Made by a program: the position numbers and the translations under genes. Source: Chloroflexota bacterium (GTDB lineage: Bacteria > Chloroflexota > Anaerolineae > Anaerolineales > UBA11579). Taken from it: 64,000 nt of DNA. The number at the start of each line of letters is the position of its first letter. Position 1 is the stretch's first letter. The notes beneath the pieces were generated by a model. That model searched no databases. It had not been told where the DNA came from and saw only the letters and a list, made by a program, of their open reading frames with translations. Below are positions 61,779 through 64,000 of the stretch, one piece after another. The stretch covers positions 1,527 through 65,526 of the forward strand of contig QWJF01000006.1 of NCBI GenBank assembly GCA_009391835.1, in the 5' to 3' direction.

Positions 61779-62872
61779 TGTGCTTTCAGCACCTCAACGA
61801 TGCGCCCTGCAGTCTGCCCATCCCACAGCGCGGGTGCCTTGCCCTCGCCCGGCGCCTGCTGCATGGCAGCTTCAAAGCCCTGAAGAATGCCCTGCTTGCT
61901 CGTCCCCACCAACTGATTGGTGCCCTCACTAATCGTGATCGGCCGCTCGGTGTTCTCGCGCACCGTCAGGCAGGGCACACCCAGCACGGTGGTCTCTTCC
62001 TGGATGCCGCCCGAATCGGTCAGCACCACCCGGGCATGGCTCATCAGATTAAGGAATTCGAGGTATCCCAGTGGGTCAATCACTTGCACTCCGGCGGCTT
62101 CCAGCGGCTGCAGGAAGCCAAAGGCCTCGAGCTTGGCCCGCGTGCGCGGATGCACCGGGAATATAACCGGCAACTCCTCGCCGATTTGCATCAGCGCGCC
62201 GAGCACATCATCCAAGTCTTCACGCGCGTCCACGTTGGACGGTCGATGCAACGTCACCAGCGCATAGCCCCTCGGTTCCACGCCCAGAAACGCTGGCTGA
62301 TCCAGCGTTTCGGCTGTAGGCAGGAAACCCAGCAGGCTGTCCACCATGATGTTGCCCACCCGATGAATGCGCTCCACCGGAGTGCCTTCCTTCTTGAGAT
62401 TTTCATCACCGTCCGGCGAAGGCGTAAACAGCAAATCGGAGAGCCGGTCGGTGAGCACCCGGTTGTGCTCTTCAGGCATGTTGCGGTCAAAGCTGCGCAG
62501 CCCGGCCTCCACGTGCGCCAGTCGCAGCCCCAGCTTATTGGCTACCAATGCCGCCGCCAGCGTAGAATTCACATCACCAAACACCAGCACCCAATCCGGC
62601 GGATGCGCTTTGAACTCGGCCTCCATCGCCAGCATGATGCGCGCGATTTGCTCGGTGGGCGTTCCCGCCCCCACGTCCAGATACGCGTCCGGCTCGGGCA
62701 TCTCCAATTGCTCAAAAAATACCTTGGACATATTGGTGTCGAAGTGCTGGCCGGTGTGCACCAGGCGGGCGGCGAAGCTGCCATCCGCCTCCAGGGCGCG
62801 CAGCAGCGGGCTTGCCTTTACAAAATTGGGCCGCGTGCCCACCACCAGGGTGCATGAACGCGTCGTCACCAT
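61775..62872 (-). CDS. wecB: UDP-N-acetylglucosamine 2-epimerase (non-hydrolysing)
   Basis: VGTRPNFVK, HTGQH, GDVNST, HVEAGLRS, MPEEHNR, TLHRPSNVD, TDSGGIQEE, RENTERP. Confidence 0.95.
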   Translation of the reverse strand: MVTTRSCTLVVGTRPNFVKASPLLRALEADGSFAARLVHTGQHFDTNMSKVFFEQLEMPEPDAYLDVGAGTPTEQIARIMLAMEAEFKAHPPDWVLVFGDVNSTLAAALVANKLGLRLAHVEAGLRSFDRNMPEEHNRVLTDRLSDLLFTPSPDGDENLKKEGTPVERIHRVGNIMVDSLLGFLPTAETLDQPAFLGVEPRGYALVTLHRPSNVDAREDLDDVLGALMQIGEELPVIFPVHPRTRAKLEAFGFLQPLEAAGVQVIDPLGYLEFLNLMSHARVVLTDSGGIQEETTVLGVPCLTVRENTERPITISEGTNQLVGTSKQGILQGFEAAMQQAPGEGKAPALWDGQTAGRIVEVLKAQ

Positions 62873-63867
62873 TATTTCGCTACCATGCCCATCAAGTGGT
62901 TAGCTACATCTGGCTGGTCATCAAATAGTTTGGCTACTTGCTTAGCGTAGTGGGCCACTAGGTCGTCATCATACTTATACGGCGGGCGCACTTGATATAC
63001 ATTGAGCGTGTCCCGCAACCAGCGCTCATCCGAAGAGACCCCTAGAAATTCTGCCAAGCGCGTGAGCATGTCTATATCCAACTCATCTTGATAAAAATGA
63101 AAGAAGCGCCCAGGCGCGCGCTGCTCCCACTTCAGAAACCAGCGGATGTCGTCCAGCACTAGGGTGAGCGCTTTACGTATATCGCCTTTAATCACATCGC
63201 CATACCAGCGATTGCCGCCCATGCGAGTGATCGATTTGGCAGTATCCATCGGGTTTCGTACCGGCAAAAGAAACCGCAGTAAGGGGTTGGCCTCTAACAA
63301 TTCGGCAAAAGGATAATTTTTTTGCCTGACTATCTGTGTAACGCGCTGTGGTTCTTTCCATACAACGCTCTTGATCTGGAGCTTTAGCAACCTTGTGCCG
63401 TAGCGTTTAAGGTAAACGCGCCGCAAGGGCAAATTGTCCGCAAAGGCATGGGAAACCAGCATGGTGCCGCCATAGCGGCCTCGAGTGCCGCCCTGGGACA
63501 TGGTAATGGCAAAATGGCAGAATTGGCGAAACTTTTCTTCATTAAAACGATCCAGAAAATTGATGCGGTCATTCCCAAATACTCGTTGGCTCGCGTGATC
63601 AAGAACTTGGCATTCGGGGTGTAGCGCGAGCACAGAACCTGTCAAGGTGGTGAGGTTGCGATATGGGCCCAAAAAGAGACATACGCTCTTCAAACCATCC
63701 ACGCGGTTGACATCCTTTGCCGTCATTGGCAGCAGGTAGGGATTGGGCAGCGTTTCCGGGTAGGGGCGAGCCATTCGCAACCGCCACCAGACTCGCAAAT
63801 TCCTGCGCCGCTCTCTAAGCCAATAGCGTGCGTTACTTACTGTTTCCAAGAACTTGGCCCTCAACAA
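62872..63867 (-). CDS. Atypical sulfotransferase-like protein
   Basis: [33 protein letters not shown] before TTG 63867 (alternative start ATG 63774). Confidence 0.6.
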   Translation of the reverse strand: MLRAKFLETVSNARYWLRERRRNLRVWWRLRMARPYPETLPNPYLLPMTAKDVNRVDGLKSVCLFLGPYRNLTTLTGSVLALHPECQVLDHASQRVFGNDRINFLDRFNEEKFRQFCHFAITMSQGGTRGRYGGTMLVSHAFADNLPLRRVYLKRYGTRLLKLQIKSVVWKEPQRVTQIVRQKNYPFAELLEANPLLRFLLPVRNPMDTAKSITRMGGNRWYGDVIKGDIRKALTLVLDDIRWFLKWEQRAPGRFFHFYQDELDIDMLTRLAEFLGVSSDERWLRDTLNVYQVRPPYKYDDDLVAHYAKQVAKLFDDQPDVANHLMGMVAK

Positions 63868-64000
63868 CGGAGTCCTCCGTATCGTTAATCTGAAATTGCA
63901 GTTCGCACAGGCGACGGTAGAGCTTGCAGCGCTCCAGCAGTTGGTTATGTGTACCCTGATCCACCACTTTTCCCGCCTCCAGTACAACGATCTTGTCGGC
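63833..64000 (-). CDS. ABC transporter ATP-binding/permease (MsbA/PglK-like), C-terminal end only
   Basis: Not in the ORF track. Manual translation gives [36 protein letters not shown]..., the typical C-terminus of ABC exporters. Confidence 0.85.
   Translation of the reverse strand, partial: ADKIVVLEAGKVVDQGTHNQLLERCKLYRRLCELQFQINDTEDSVVEGQVLGNSK

Noticed and set aside
63868-63987. N-terminal extension of the 371-aa ORF as given in the track
   Set aside because: This stretch codes for the ABC transporter C-terminus in another frame. The RBS supports a start at 63867 or later.

Overview
The whole 64-kb window is part of one very large surface-glycan (capsule/EPS/glycoprotein glycan) biosynthesis locus that runs off both ends. 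It holds about 55 tightly packed, mostly translationally coupled genes on the minus strand and a single plus-strand gene. The gene repertoire and TATAAT-type promoters resemble Chloroflexota (Anaerolineae), but this is inference only. Contents: (i) at least two nonulosonic-acid routes: PseB/RmlD-like/PseI/SpsF, and a NeuB-SAF-TIM-barrel fusion with a NeuA-KdsC fusion, plus a third cytidylyltransferase at the left edge; (ii) a sulfation toolkit: a Sat-CysC PAPS synthase, 4 clear and 2 atypical sulfotransferases, and a Thr-type sulfatase-like protein; (iii) Wzm/Wzt export and the tail of an MsbA/PglK-like ABC transporter; (iv) about 14 soluble GT2/GT4/GT-A glycosyltransferases, 4 KpsS/TagF-like GT-B proteins and 5 GT-C-like membrane proteins; (v) perosamine-, fucose- and tyvelose-type nucleotide-sugar enzymes and methyltransferases. 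The best candidate for an undescribed system is a five-gene module at 3.1-7.1 kb: ACP, a seryl-tRNA-synthetase-like amino acid:carrier-protein ligase, GNAT, an AAC(3)-fold acyltransferase and a DUF4910/M28-like hydrolase. It looks like a tRNA-independent, carrier-protein-based machine for putting an (N-acyl)amino acid on a nonulosonic acid or amino sugar. I saw no rRNA, tRNA, CRISPR array or mobile element. All family calls come from motif recognition by eye; no database search was run.
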